A DNA stretch of 63,558 bases, counting the filler, from Octopus bimaculoides (taxonomy: Eukaryota): the NCBI RefSeq assembly GCF_001194135.2. It is 4 parts of 3 records of this genome, joined end to end, with 100 filler letters (N's around TTAATTAATTAA, not from the genome) between each part and the next. Parts side by side here need not be neighbours in the genome. Positions count along the whole stretch, not along the records: positions 1 to 25,437 come from NC_068982.1; 3 more parts are not named here. One strand, written 5' to 3'. The position numbers and the translations under genes were made by a program. The notes beneath the pieces are model-generated. The model was given only the letters and a program-made list of their open reading frames with translations, searched no databases and was not told the origin of the DNA. Below, piece after piece: positions 1 to 12,625 of this stretch (its first letter is position 1; each line of letters starts with the position of its first letter).

Positions 1-339
1 TATATATATATATATATATATATTCAATATTCACATATATAGTATACACCCCGCACATATGGAAGCATTATTTATTCAATTTCGTATTGACATAATACAA
101 ATGAGCATAGGTTACGCTACTGCGAGAATTACCTCATTCTATTGCAAATTTTATCGATAGCAAATATTATTTGCAAATTCTTGGATTTTGAAGCGAAAAA
201 AATCTATGAGAGCGCTACCTCCAAGACTCCTTAAAAATAGAGCCCACGTGACTTTTGCTTGCAGCCGATCCAAGAATTTGCAGTTAATATTAATCATTGC
301 TATTAGCATAATTCGCATTTGTGATGTCTGTCTACCTGT

Positions 340-465
340 ATGCCTGTATGCATGCATGTACTTAAGTATGCCTGTATGTATGCAAATATATATGTATGCG
401 TGCAAATCGATGTGGAATTATATATGTATACGCATATGTATATGTTTTTACACCCACATGTATAT

Positions 466-509
<44 letters not shown>

Positions 510-734
510 CACATGTTTGTGTTTGTGTATGTATATATATAGTATAGTTTGTGTTTGTGTATGTATATATATAGTATATATATAAATATAAGAAGGGATG
601 GTATTATTAATATACCATCACGTGCGGCAAGCGAGTTATCTGCCGTGCAGGCAAATTAATAAAATATATACATACAGCATATGTACTTATATGAATATAC
701 ATACATATATATAAATACATACATATATGTATAT

Positions 735-775
<41 letters not shown>
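340..775. repeat. Compound (TA)n/(CATA)n microsatellite
   Basis: Direct inspection; explains YI/CV-rich ORFs at 151-865. Confidence 0.95.
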
Positions 776-777
<2 letters not shown>

Positions 778-1014
778 AAGGCACCACATGAGCACCTATA
801 TCACTAAAAATAGAAGTCAAAAATATTTCCGTACCACAGAATAATTGCAAATCTAATACAGGCATGGTGGGAAAACGTTTCAGTGTACATTAAAAACGTT
901 TTACTTCTGTTAGGTCGGCACAAGCAATACTGGTGAACATGGAACCGGTTTCGAAATTAGCGCCACATAGAGGCCTGTTTCTCATCATACATATATATGT
1001 GTGTGCCTGTGTGT

Positions 1015-1200
1015 GATGGTAGCACGCCGGCAAAAATGCTTTGCGACATTGCGCCTTTACAGTCCGCCGAGGTCGACTTTGCCTTTAATCCTTACGGGGT
1101 CGATAAAATAAGTACCAGTTGAACACTGAGGTCGATATAATCAACTCGTCTCCTCCAGCAAAATTTCAGTCCTTGTGCCTATAGCAAAAAAGACATTAGA
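1015..1200 (+). mobile_element. SINE family B copy, 5'-degraded
   Basis: Shared body ccgccgaggtcgactttgcctttaatcc...gataaaataagtaccagttg and tail ccttgtgcc, as in many other copies in the window. Confidence 0.85.
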
Positions 1201-1224
1201 ACAATAAGATCCTGTCTCTTGTTA

Positions 1225-1400
1225 TTGTGTGATCATCGGTCTAACCATAATAATCAAAGGCGTTCCATCTATGCCCATCCTGTCTTTTTGTACATAGTGT
1301 GTACATTCTCCAAAGTGTTCTGCCTCCTTTTTCTTTTAGAGACGGTTGCGTGAGATTTGATTGCAATTTGGCTCCTATTTATTGTCTGTCGTTTGATTGT
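1225..1400 (+). repeat. Dispersed repeat family F (unclassified)
   Basis: Motifs like tgatcaaaggcattcc and gatttggctgctatttctagc recur, diverged, at ~2255-2455, ~6100-6165, ~29395-29575 (minus), ~37960-38050 and ~48020-48065. Confidence 0.55.
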
Positions 1401-1515
1401 TTAGAGTGAAGTGTAATAGAACCCGTATATTGTGTAATGACAATAAACAAGTTAAGTGGTTGGGGCGATGTACCAAGAATTGTAGGCAAAAGAAGCAGAA
1501 GTGTTAATTAATTAT

Positions 1516-1845
1516 GAGTGGCTGTGTGGTAAGTAGCTTGCTTACCAATCACATGGCTCCGGGTTTAGTCTCACTGCGTGGCACCTTGGGCAAGTGTCTT
1601 CTACTATAGCCTCGGGCCGACCAAATCCTTGTGAGTGGATTTGGTAGACGGAAACTGAAAGAAGCCCGTCGTATATATGTATATATATNNNNNNNNNNNN
1701 NNNNNNNNNNNNNNNNNNNNNNNNNNNNNNNNNNNNNNNNNNNNNNNNNNNNNNNNNNNNNNNNNNNNNNNNNNNNNNNNNNNNNNNNNNNNNNNNNNNN
1801 NNNNNNNNNNNNNNNNNNNNNNNNNNNNNNNNNNNNNNNNNNNNN

Positions 1846-1890
<45 letters not shown>

Positions 1891-2112
1891 GTTTCTGTGT
1901 CTGTGTTTGTCCCCCCAATATCGCTTGACAACCGATGCTGGTGTAGTTACGTCCCCGTAATTTAGCAGTTCGGCAAAAGAGACAGATAGAATAAGTATTA
2001 GGCTTACAAAGAATAAGTCCTGGGGTCGATTTCTTCGACTATAGTCGGTGCTCCAGAACGGCCATAGTCAAATGACTGAAACAAGTAAAAGAGTAAAAGA
2101 GTAAAAGAGTAA
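1516..2112 (+). mobile_element. SINE family A, full length (tRNA head, CORE-like ggcaccttgggcaagt segment, internal microsatellite, (AAAGAGTA)n tail)
   Basis: A box tggctgtgtgg, B-box-like segment, near-identical to 34652-35062 and 51690-52048; N gap inside the internal microsatellite. Confidence 0.93.
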
Positions 2113-2658
2113 CACTCAAAAAGAAATTAAGAATTAATTTCTCAAAGTTCATTTACGATCTGTTCATGTCTGTTAGTAAGCTAATTTTCGGTTGAAAAGC
2201 AACAGTTGTCTCGCATTGAACACTTGTATCAGCAGAGTGTTAACACAATAAAGATACTGCGGTTTTTAACTCTAGATCAACCTTCGTTTAGCGGACCTAT
2301 GATCAAAGAGATCCCAGTAGTAACCATCGTGCGTTTTCCTTTCTCTCATATATAGTCTATCCAGAAGTACATGAATTAATGTATTATTCTGCTTTGAGAC
2401 ATGCGAGTGTGATTTGAGGAAAATGTACATTATTTCTAGCACGTCCGTCAACCACATATAGGCTTCATCGTCACCGACTCGGTATTATGGATGGGATGGG
2501 GGCGACTGTGAAAGTATTGATGTCTTTATATGTGATCAGCTGTGTTTGTTAGAGTTGAATAAGTAGGAAGGATCGGCTTTTTCGAATTCAACAGTAAATA
2601 GGCATGGAATATTCTATGATAACAAATTACATCCCGGGCATGTCAACGTAATCAATCA

Positions 2659-2731
2659 ATGTATGTATGTATGTATGTATGTATGTATGTATGTATGTAT
2701 GCATGTATGTATGTATGCATGTATGTAAGTA

Positions 2732-2809
<78 letters not shown>

Positions 2810-2850
2810 TCTATCTATCAGTCTGCCCGTTTTTCTCTGCCTACCTGCCT
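2659..2850. repeat. Compound (ATGT)n-(CTGT)n-(CTAT)n microsatellite
   Basis: Direct inspection. Confidence 0.95.
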
Positions 2851-2855
2851 GCCTC

Positions 2856-4190
2856 CTGAACAACCTACACCCATCTCTCCAATTTACAAAGGAGATGAGC
2901 AGTACAAAATTACCATTCCTAGATATCATGGTAATTAAAAAAGGACACCGCCATTACCACAAATATATACCATAATCACGCGGACATCTACCACATGCAA
3001 AACGCAACATCCCATACTGCCCAGCCGGAAGAATTTGTACCATTGTAGAAGGCACGAATATCAGGAACAAATGCCTAACAGAAGAGAATTTTTGCCTAAA
3101 CAAAAATACCCGTCCTTACTTATAGAAAACAGCATACAACGGGCTATAAAATACCCATACAACAATTGAGGATAACCCAAAGAAGAGGAAAACAGGAAGA
3201 AGTCATACCATTAAATAGTGACACACAACCCATGTCACCAGAATATCTTCAACATTGCTAAACCAAACCTACAAATAAATGCTCAAAGTAATGAATTAAA
3301 AGGTATAATCACAGATCGAGGTATGGTTCTTAGTAAAAGACTGCCTAAAAACTTGAAAAAATTATTAACAAAGGCAAAGTTTGGCCTTAACAATAAAGAC
3401 TAATCATTCTCTGTATCTAAATGCAACGATAGCCGATGTGGCACATGCCAATTCATACATACCGGCCAATATATGAACACAAAAACCGGAAAAATATTCA
3501 CAAGTGCAAATGTGAACTGCAAAAGCAGAAATTTAATTTACTGCATCAAGTGCCCGAATTGTGAAGAACTATATGTAGGTCAAACTGGAAATACACTATC
3601 AGAACGTTCACGTGCGTATCAACAGTAAATTAGAGACTCAGATGTCTGTCAGATACCTTTAAGTAACCATCTAGCAACGTTATGTTGACACTCCGTCGCT
3701 TACGACGTCGAGGGTTCCAGTTGATCCGATCAACGGAACAGCCTGCTCGTGAAATTAACGTGCAAGTGGCTGAGCACTCCACAGACACGCGTACCCTTAA
3801 CGTAGTTCTCGGGAATATTCAGCATGACACAGTGTGACACGGCTGACTCTTTGAATTACAGGCACAACAGAAACAGGAAGTAAGAGTGAGAGAAAGTTGT
3901 GGTGGAAGAGTACAGCAGGGTTCGCCACCATCCCCTGGCGGAGCCTCGTGGAGCTTTAGGTGTTTTCGCTCAATAAACACTCACTCTGGGAATCGAAACC
4001 GCGATCCTATGATCGCGAGTCCGCTGCCCTAACCACTGGGCCATTGCGCCTCCACCATCTAGCAACATACAGTCGAAAAATATATATGATATTTCCATTC
4101 TACAAACTACACAGTCTAAGTGAAATCGAGAGAAAAATCAAAGAAAAGAACTTCATTAAAAAATTCCAACCCAAGCTAAATAAACAATAA
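2856..4190 (+). mobile_element. Decayed Penelope-like element: RT C-terminus plus GIY-YIG endonuclease, interrupted by a SINE
   Basis: LNNLHPSLQFTKEMSSTKLPFLDIMV (PLE RT thumb), SKCNDSRCGTCQFI, NLIYCIKCPNCEELYVGQT (GIY-YIG), C-terminus EKNFIKKFQPKLN; several stops and frameshifts. Confidence 0.92.
3679..4055 (-). mobile_element. SINE family C, full length, with 13-bp target-site duplication
   Basis: Minus strand begins gtggaggcgcaatggcccagtggttagg (A box), has gtttcgattccc (B box); accatctagcaac at 3666-3678 and 4054-4066. Confidence 0.93.
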
Positions 4191-4683
4191 TATTAATACT
4201 TAGGGGCACTATTTTTACTGGTACAACCTTTATCACTAACAACAACAGCAAAACTAAAGGTGCTCATGGTGACGATAGCAGGAAAATACCAGCTAAGTCA
4301 AGAGAAAGGTCAGTAAAAATAATCTTATTGTGAGATTAAAGTTCTATTACTACAGCTACTCCTACCACCACCGCCACCAGCACCAGCACCACCAACAGCA
4401 CCAACGACGACAGTATTAAAGGAGATGTTAATGGTGGTGATGATGATGATTGAAATGTAAAAAGCCTTAGGATATGTTGTTTACAAATTAAAAGGGTGGC
4501 TTATTAGCAATTAGAACCTTATTAACAATTAGAACCTAAAGGCAAATTAATAAGTCATAAAAGTGACGAAAGGTGTTGGGCAGCACTGTTTATGCTAAAA
4601 TAACAGTTAAATTAACTCTAAAGCCACTCTCTTATTTTAGCATTAGGACCTTCCATCACTTTTGTGACATCCATAAATTTTGC

Positions 4684-4890
4684 CGGCAGGGGATGGTGGC
4701 GAACCCTGCTCTACTCTTTCACCACAACTTTCTCTCATTCTTTCTTCCTGTTTCTGTTGCACCTGCATTTCAAAGGTCCAGGTACACGTGTCTGTGGAGT
4801 GCTCAGCCACTTGCACGATAATTTCACGAGCAGGCTGTTCCGTTGAACGGGCCAACTGGAAACCTCGTCGTCGTAACCAACGGAGTGCCA
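4684..4890 (+). mobile_element. SINE family C, 5'-truncated, internally deleted
   Basis: ggggatggtggcgaaccctgct...gtgtctgtggagtgctcagccacttgcacg...acggagtgcc matches the 3679-4055 copy. Confidence 0.9.
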
Positions 4891-4961
<71 letters not shown>

Positions 4962-5376
4962 GCATGTGCGTGTGTGTGCTCATGCATGCGCGTGTATATA
5001 AGCATATCTACATATATTAAAGATTGTACTGTAGAACTGAATGGATCCAGTTTCGATGCTATTATGTGCTATCTCGGGCAGGTTTCATTTTCTATACATT
5101 TCTCCGGTTGATCCATATGTAAGCAAAAATTGAGTTGACAGAAGCTATAGAAATCCACTGGATGGATTATACCTTTAATACAAAATTAAAGCCATGTTAA
5201 ACACTGTGTCCTAACTGAGAATTTACGTTAAAGTTAAAAACCTTCTCTGGAATACTCAGCCGCTTACGCATCCATTCAATGGAATTCAATCCCCGCCGGG
5301 AAACGACGGACAACCATGCAAACTCACATTTTAAGATTTCAAAGCATATTCTATATCTTAAATTTATATTTAGCAT

Positions 5377-5564
5377 GCGTGGCTATGTGGTAAGAAGCTT
5401 GCTTCTTAATCACATAATCTTGGGTTCAGTTCCACCGTAGCGCCTTGGGCACTTGCCTTCTGCTATAACCTCAGACCAACCAAATCCTCGTGAGTGGATT
5501 TTATAAGCGGAAACTGAAAGAAGCCCGTCGTGTATACATACACAAACACATATTTATATATGCA

Positions 5565-5602
<38 letters not shown>

Positions 5603-5938
5603 TGTATATATAAGTATTTTGGTCAAGAGCACAACCCACCGCCCAGTCATGGAACCGAACCTACGATCTAGCTATCGTGAATGCAACAGCCTAATCACTA
5701 TGCCACTTGCCTTAATATATATCAATGTTTTTGTTTTTGTGTTTGACCTCCACCATCGCTGGACAGCCGTTCTTAATTTGTTTATCCCCCTGTAACTTAG
5801 CTGTTCGGTAAGTAGAGAACGATAGAATAATTACCAGACTTAGAAAAAAAAAATAGTGGCTTGGATATTTCCGACTAAACTCATCCAAGTGGTGCTCCAG
5901 TATGGCTACAGACTAATGACTAATAGAAGGTAGAAAGA
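5377..5938 (+). mobile_element. Diverged SINE A containing an antisense tRNA-head fragment (~5615-5710) in its microsatellite linker
   Basis: Head 5377-5530 and 3' half 5730-5938 align to family A; the inner piece reads as A/B boxes on the minus strand. Confidence 0.75.
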
Positions 5939-7115
5939 TTGCTTAAAGGCTGAAACGATTGCTTGAGTGATGTTTATGTTGATTAACCCAAATTTATCTT
6001 ATCAAAGACAGTAATTCTAACTATAAAGACCCTATTTTTGTATTTATATTTTATCGTCCGTTTTCAGAAATAGTGTACCACACCGAATTATTAAATATCC
6101 CATTTAAAAAAAACGTTAGAGGAGTTTTGGCTGTTATTTCTAGAAGGTCGAGCAGAATACATAATCGTTCCCAGTTGAACTCATTAGCTCTCATGTGTCG
6201 GTGTGAAAGAGTTTTGCGATTATATGGTGTACTGGCTCCTCTGCTCTTTGCTCTCTTATAGGCCATGAATAATTTGATGATCCCAATAGGGCTGGCATAA
6301 TCCTTGATGAATTCAATATATTGTTTGCACGCCGATGAAAGAGTTAATGTGTCACGGGAAGGAGGCACTCGAGATAAAAATACTCGAGATAAAAATACTA
6401 TAAAAATACAGCAATTGTGCCTTTAAGGTTGTAAGAAAAAAGTAACTCGTACCGAGTGCAGTGAAAGTTATTTCCCTTGGCATCGTTAACGTTTTTTTTT
6501 TTTTTTACTTCTGGACGCTTTTAATATATAAATTATAATTAATTATTTTTTCCCATTTATGATAGAAAAAAAAATAGATACTAAAAAGCAGAAAAACATA
6601 TACAAACCTAACAACAAACAAACAAACCCAAGCACAAAAATTTACCTCATATGACCTCCTGTTGTAATTTTTATCCATATTCTCGCATGAGAAAACTGTC
6701 ATCTTTCATTCATTCTTGACAGCACTAACAAAACACTGGCAAAAGATAAAACGAAAAACAGAAAAGTAGTAAAAAAATGACTACTTCATCTGTATAATGG
6801 CTAATTACAACTTAAATGAGATAATTAATGGATGCTATTTTCAGAAATGTAGTACACTTGAAAAGAAAAAAAAAATAATAATAAAAAAGCAACCCCTGAG
6901 CTCTGTGGCATGACTGATGCAATCATAATTTTTTTTACGTTAGTAACGGATTAGAGACTTTGTGAGGAGAGTGAACAGTCGATTAAATCTAGCAATCCCA
7001 GTAAATAACTGGTATATATTTTAACATATTTTGGAAATTTTTCTTCAGGCGCAGATATGGCTCCGTGGATATAAAAACATTTGCAAGCAAGCGTCTGTAT
7101 ATTTCGATCATTGTA

Positions 7116-7325
7116 TCTTGTTTACTTGTTTCAGTCATTGGACTTTGGCCATGCTGGGGCACCGCTTTCAAGGGTGTAATCGTAGAAATAGACCCCAGAT
7201 TTTTTTTTTTTTTTTTTTGGTATGTTTGGTACTTATTCGAACGGGCTGTTTTGCCTAATCGCTGAGTTACGGGGACGTAAATACACAACAACAGTTGTTA
7301 AGCGGTGGTAGAGAAGAGACACAAA
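7116..7325 (-). mobile_element. SINE A 3' half
   Basis: tttacttgtttcagtcattggactttggccatgctggggcaccg...gagttacggggacgtaaa is the reverse complement of the family A tail. Confidence 0.85.
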
Positions 7326-7332
7326 TATGAAG

Positions 7333-7401
<69 letters not shown>

Positions 7402-7410
7402 ATGTATAAG

Positions 7411-7619
7411 AGCAGGCGTGGGTGTGTAGTAAGAAGTTTGTTCTCCAGTCACATCGTTTCGGGTTCAATTCTGTGGCATGGAACCTTGGACAATTTTTTT
7501 TCTACTATAGCCCATGTGAATGGATCGAGTAAACGGAGAGTGAAAGAAGCCTGTCTATCAAATCCACACACACACACACACGTGTGTTTGTGCGTGTGTG
7601 CGTATGCGTTTGTGTGTGT

Positions 7620-7665
<46 letters not shown>

Positions 7666-7862
7666 CATGAAGGCTTGACAGCTGGTGTTGGTTTGTTAAA
7701 CGACACCGTAACTTAGTGGTTCAGCAAAAGAGACCGATAGAAAAAAGTACCAAACTTAAAAAGAAAGCGAATTGTGGAAGCGATTTGGGCGACGAAACTT
7801 ATCAAGGCAGTGTTCCAGCATGGCCGCAGTGAAATGATTGAAACAAGTAAAAGATAAAAGAA
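7411..7862 (+). mobile_element. SINE A, diverged full length
   Basis: Head, (CA)/(TG) linker and tail gaaacaagtaaaagataaaaga. Confidence 0.85.
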
Positions 7863-7869
7863 ATATTGA

Positions 7870-8527
7870 TTAGAAATTTTGGAACGACGCTTGAAATTTT
7901 AGGGATGGGGTAAGTCAATTACATCAACCCAGTACTCAACTGGTACTTATTTTATCGACCCTTGAAAGGATGAAAGGCAAAGTCGACCTCGGTGGGATTT
8001 GAACTCACAGCGTAAAAACGGATGGAATATCGTTAAGCATGTTGCCCGACGTGCTAACTATTCTTTTCTACTTTAGGCACAAGGCTCGAAATTTTGGAGG
8101 ATATGGGGCTATTCGATTAGATCGACCCCAGTACGCAACTGGTACTTAATTTATCGACCCCGAAAGGCTGAAAGGTAAAGTCGACCTCGGCGGAATTTGA
8201 ACTCAGAACGTAAAGACAGACAAAATACTGCTAAGCATTTCGTCCGGCGTGCTAACGTTTCTGCCAGCTCACTGCCTTACTTAACAGAAATATTTATTTG
8301 TTTATTGCCCTCAGGGGGCTAAACATTGAGGGGACAAATAATGACAAACAAAGGGATTAAGTCGATTATATCGACCCCAGTGCGTAACTGGCACTTATTT
8401 AATCAACCCCGAAAGGATGAAAGGCAAAGCCGACCTCGGCGGTATTTGAACTCAGAACGTAACGGCAGACGAAGTTCTGCTAAGCATTTCGCCCGGCGTG
8501 CTATCGATTCTGCCAGCTCGCTGCCTT
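7870..8527 (-). mobile_element. Three head-to-tail SINE B copies (~7870-8063, ~8064-8277, ~8295-8527)
   Basis: Three successive ggtacttat...gacctcgg...tttgaactca...gctaagcat...gtgcta blocks. Confidence 0.92.
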
Positions 8528-8774
8528 GCTTCATAGAAATATCGATTTCTTCTGTAGAAACATGAACAAGTATTTAGGTGAGGCTGGATCAGCTGATTAA
8601 ATCGAAGCAAGAAGACTCTATTTTCACTCTACAGATATGAAAACGGAAATGATTTCCCTGGTATTTGAACCCCGTAAATAAAGGCTTCTAAGTAAATTGC
8701 GCAAGACACTTGTTCAACCTACTAATGATTAAGTAAATTCACTGTATTTTTTTTCTGATATAGACACAGAGCCA

Positions 8775-9050
8775 CATATTTATACGTGTGTATACGTGTG
8801 TGTATGTGTTCGTATGTGTGTGCGCGCATGTGTGTGTGTGTGTGTGTGAGTGTATGGCGTATTAGTGTTTGTGTGTGCGCATGTTTGTGTATATGTGTGA
8901 GTACGTGCGTGTATGTTTGTGTGTGTATTGTGTGTATATGGGTGTATGTGCATGTATGTTTGTGTGAGTATTGTGTATATATTTGTATGTCTGTGTATGT
9001 GCGAGTGTGTTTGTGTGTGTCTTGTGTGTACGTGTGTCTATATAGTCGAT
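8775..9050. repeat. Degenerate (TG)/(TATG) low-complexity tract
   Basis: Direct inspection. Confidence 0.9.
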
Positions 9051-9672
9051 TATATAGACTAGCAAACCTACCCTCCTGCGCCGGAGGCATAAAATGAGGC
9101 GTAAAATGAGGGAGAGAAGTCATAACAGCAGTATGTATTGAGAAATATGTAAATGGACTTGATAGACCACTGGGTGATGCCTTAGAGAAATCACATTATT
9201 GTTGGTGATACAGCATTCTATTGCAGCCATATGACATGTGTTTGCGACTAAGCAACATGTGATGATGATTCACTACCGAACTAAAATAGGCTCCCAGCCT
9301 CTATATCACGAATGTTGATGCGGACCACTCCTAACGAAAGCCAGAGTTCCTTCGACTACTATATAAAAAGTATTCAGAAAAAAATGTTATTTCGATATAC
9401 TTTTATTTCAGTTGTTTACACTATCTTACGCGTGTTTATACTTTTATATATGATTTCAAAATTTCTTTGTAAACGATATTTTCTGTTTGGTCGACACTAA
9501 TTTTCAAATTACTGGAGTCCGTTGCTCTATCCATAGCGACGTATACTGGCCGTTTGTAACCTTCGGAGTGGGTAAAAAAACACACACGATCTAAAGACTG
9601 GCCTTGTGCCCTGTTTGCTTTGAATGCGCGAGCGGTATCTTTAGGGTTGCAAAAAATAAAACTAAGACTTAC

Positions 9673-9808
9673 CTCTCACTGTTCTGTGCGAATAATGTCT
9701 GGATGTTCTGGAACCATGGGTTATTTTGATTGACAAAACTGAGATGTAAACAACAGCCGTTTCGATTAGCTATTTCGAATCCTGCTCGAGATTGAAGCTC
9801 TTCAATAA
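9673..9808 (-). CDS. Candidate exon (136 bp), unidentified peptide IEELQSRAGFEIANRNGCCLHLSFVNQNNPWFQNIQTLFAQNSE
   Basis: Acceptor tatttcgtag, perfect donor gtaagt, one open frame (phase 1 to 2), unique CG-rich context. Could be a 5' UTR exon. Confidence 0.35.
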
Positions 9809-10169
9809 CTACGAAATAATCACACACACACTATATACCAACACAGACTTTTTCCATTTTACTTTCGCTATTACCCGTCCTCGCGACCCCCTTCGTGTCT
9901 ACGATGGGTCCATGAATTATACGATGAAAAATCAGAGTTACTCGTGGTCGGTGAATTTTTATTAAAAGTGTGAAGATGGTTTATCAGTTCAAAAATCGAT
10001 ATCCAAGAATCAATAATTATACTTCGATTTGTTAATGCTAAAACCTTTCTGACAACCGTCTTTGTAATCCAGAAAACATATCGTAACCATTGGTCCAGCC
10101 ATCTGGCCGTGAAAAAGGACCAGACAAAGAGATCGACAGACGGACATAACACCCATTATTGTAAGATTC

Positions 10170-10265
10170 TGCTACTTCACTGGTATTTTATTTTCTTGAC
10201 TCTTGAAGGATAAAAGGCAGAGTTGACCTCGGCAGGATTTTGAATTAAGAACGTAAAGAGAGAAG
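10170..10265 (-). mobile_element. SINE B fragment
   Basis: ctggtattttatttt...gaaggataaaaggcagagttgacctcggcaggattttgaatt. Confidence 0.75.
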
Positions 10266-10837
10266 ATAAATAAATACCACACACATTTAATTCGATGTTC
10301 AAAATGATTCTGTTAGACGATATTTTATCATGTGTGGATGGAGATGAAAGTTTCCCCAATTTAGCACCGTGTCGAACGCACCTCAATTAGTGCTGACAAG
10401 ATCACATTCGATCATTCATTGAGATAATAAGCGCTAGCAACAAGAACAAAAGCGCTTAGTACTTTTTTAATGAAACATATTACTGGCTGAGAAGAGCAAT
10501 TTATTTTGTGTTTGTTTATCACAAAAGCGTTTCTGAGTATAAGCTGAAAACAGTTCAATCACTGGTTCACTGAAATGGTGGTCAAATTCATTCTAATTGA
10601 GACCGTCCCGTTTTCTTGTTAAGGTATGGTGCACTCCAGACTCCATTTTTTCACCTGATATATCCCTTCATTTCAAACACAGAAAGTTATACACAAGGTA
10701 ACCGACGCTCCCTCATTAGTTCGATCCGTAAAAGCGAAAATGTAGCAATAATGGTGGAATAGTATAGCTACACAATTTTGCCCCTCTGCCTGAATTTATT
10801 TCCTCATAACTTTTGGAAAAATGTATATTTTAAAATG

Positions 10838-11224
10838 AGGCGTGGCTGTGTGATAAGACGCTTGCTTCCAAATCACATGGTTCCTGGTTCACTTCCGCTG
10901 TGTCCCACCTTGGGCAAGTGCCTTCCGCTATAGTCTCGGGTCAACCAAGGCCACGTGAATGGATTTGGTAGACGGAAACTGGAAAGAAACTCGTTGTGTG
11001 TGTGTGTGTGCGTGTGCGTGCATGTGTCTTTGTTTGTCTCCCGACACCGCTTGTTAACTGGGTTTTCTCCCCCTAACTTAGTGGTTCGACAAAAAAAAAA
11101 ACCGATAGCATAAATATCAGGTTTAATAAAAAAATTACTGAGGCCGATTCATTCAACTCAAAATTATTCAAGACGGTGCCTAAGTATGGATGCAGTCTAC
11201 TGACTGAAACAAGTAAAAGATAAA
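10838..11224 (+). mobile_element. SINE A, diverged full length
   Basis: gcgtggctgtgtg head through tgactgaaacaagtaaaagataa tail. Confidence 0.87.
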
Positions 11225-11849
11225 TTTTCCAGAGATACATTTTATATTTGAGTAGATTAAATTATATCAGAATTTATTGCCAAAACCGATATTTTTTCGG
11301 AGAACTGGAGGGGAATTTCAGCTAATTTATATATCTCGAGTTGTTTTACTAAAATTTTCTATACATACGATTCAGATGGTGTAGATTACGCTTATATCGG
11401 AATCTAATGTGAAAAATAATATAATATTGTGAGGGGGTGGAAAAGATAATTCACACATCTCGACTTTGTTTCCTCGTAAGTGCTGACGAGACGAATGAAT
11501 TATACAATTCCACCTCACAATATTTTTTTTCACATCTTATTCGGACATTATCGTAAGCAACACCATGTGAAATACAGTTTTCGAAAATTTTATTGAAAAT
11601 AACAATTTGTCAGAAAAGTAGGAGACAACAAAGATGGCGGAGAGCATACATATAATATAGTTAGAAAAATATGCTTAATGAGCATCTCGGCTTTGACAAA
11701 GAGTTACCAGAGGTAGTTTATGCTTTGTGTTCTTAATTAAGATTCAACTCATGATTATGATCAACCTGATAATCATGATCATAGTCAAAATGATGATCAT
11801 CACTTATCTTCTGCTTTCCGTCATTTAGCTTCTTCTGGTATGGGTTAGA

Positions 11850-11930
11850 CCAGTGGTTCCCTACGTTTTCACTAGCAAGGGTCCTTTTTATTTAAATGAG
11901 TTTACCCACGGACCCCTTTTAATATGCTTA
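11850..11930 (+). mobile_element. Possible hAT-type non-autonomous element end
   Basis: cagtggttccc start resembles hAT MITE termini; the partner end was not found. Confidence 0.3.
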
Positions 11931-12010
11931 TCCTTATGTATCTGTATATATATATATATATATGGAAAAAAGACGAAATAGAAGATGTTAAAATGATTTT
12001 ATAAAGAACA

Positions 12011-12053
12011 TTAGAGAACCGGTTTCGATCCTTGAGATCTTTTCAACAGTAAA
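12011..12053 (-). ncRNA. Degenerate minimal type I hammerhead-like motif (U3-A8 core variant)
   Basis: Minus: UUGAAAA-gauc-ucaag-gauc-GAA-ACCGGU-U; helix I only partly paired. Confidence 0.4.
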
Positions 12054-12199
12054 TATGAATAATAGATTTTTGAAAAATTATTGAAAAATTAAATTTTGGT
12101 GAATTTAAAAGAAAAGTCGTTTTAAAGACATATTTGTATAGTATTCAAGCAACAGCGGCATTTTTCTTGTTTCTGCCTGTCTCTGTTTCACTTGTTAAC

Positions 12200-12625
12200 T
12201 CTGACGATTTTGATCTATCATGTCCATCTTATGGCCCAAATACTATTCTCTGATGATAGTGCAATTTTTCAAAATGATAATGCACCGAGTCACACAACTG
12301 ATATAATTCAAAATTTTACAAAGAGCACAAAAGTGAAGTAGACCATTGGGATTCGACCTCATAATCACCAAACTTCAGCATAATAGAATATTCGTTGAGT
12401 ATTTTGAGCAGCAAGATAGAAACCGCTTCCCTCCTCCATTTTGGCTGAAAGAGTTAAAGCAAGTTTTACGGGTTCAAAATTTCTATAACAACCGTACTGA
12501 ACTTGTACGAATAACTTCGACGCATTAAAGCTGTGATAGATGCCAAAGGTGGGACAACTAAAAGTTAAACAATAAAGCTTGTATTAACTGGCATTATTTA
12601 AAGCGTCCATTTTGACCAAGCCTTA
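12200..12625 (+). mobile_element. Tc1-family transposase C-terminal remnant
   Basis: AIFQNDNAPSHT (FQQDNAPxH motif), FPPPFWLKELKQVL, RRIKAVIDAKGGTTKS; multiple frameshifts. Confidence 0.85.

Noticed and set aside
6051-6368. 105-aa minus ORF with faint Merlin/IS1016 C-terminal resemblance (ANEFNWER)
   Set aside because: No DDE motifs or TIRs were found, and part of it is the antisense of dispersed repeat family F.
6367-6396. 15-bp tandem duplication actcgagataaaaat
   Set aside because: Ordinary slippage duplication with no further structure; the same applies to tgtacgtgcgtctt x2 near 56684 and the 9-bp hairpin at 51487-51512.
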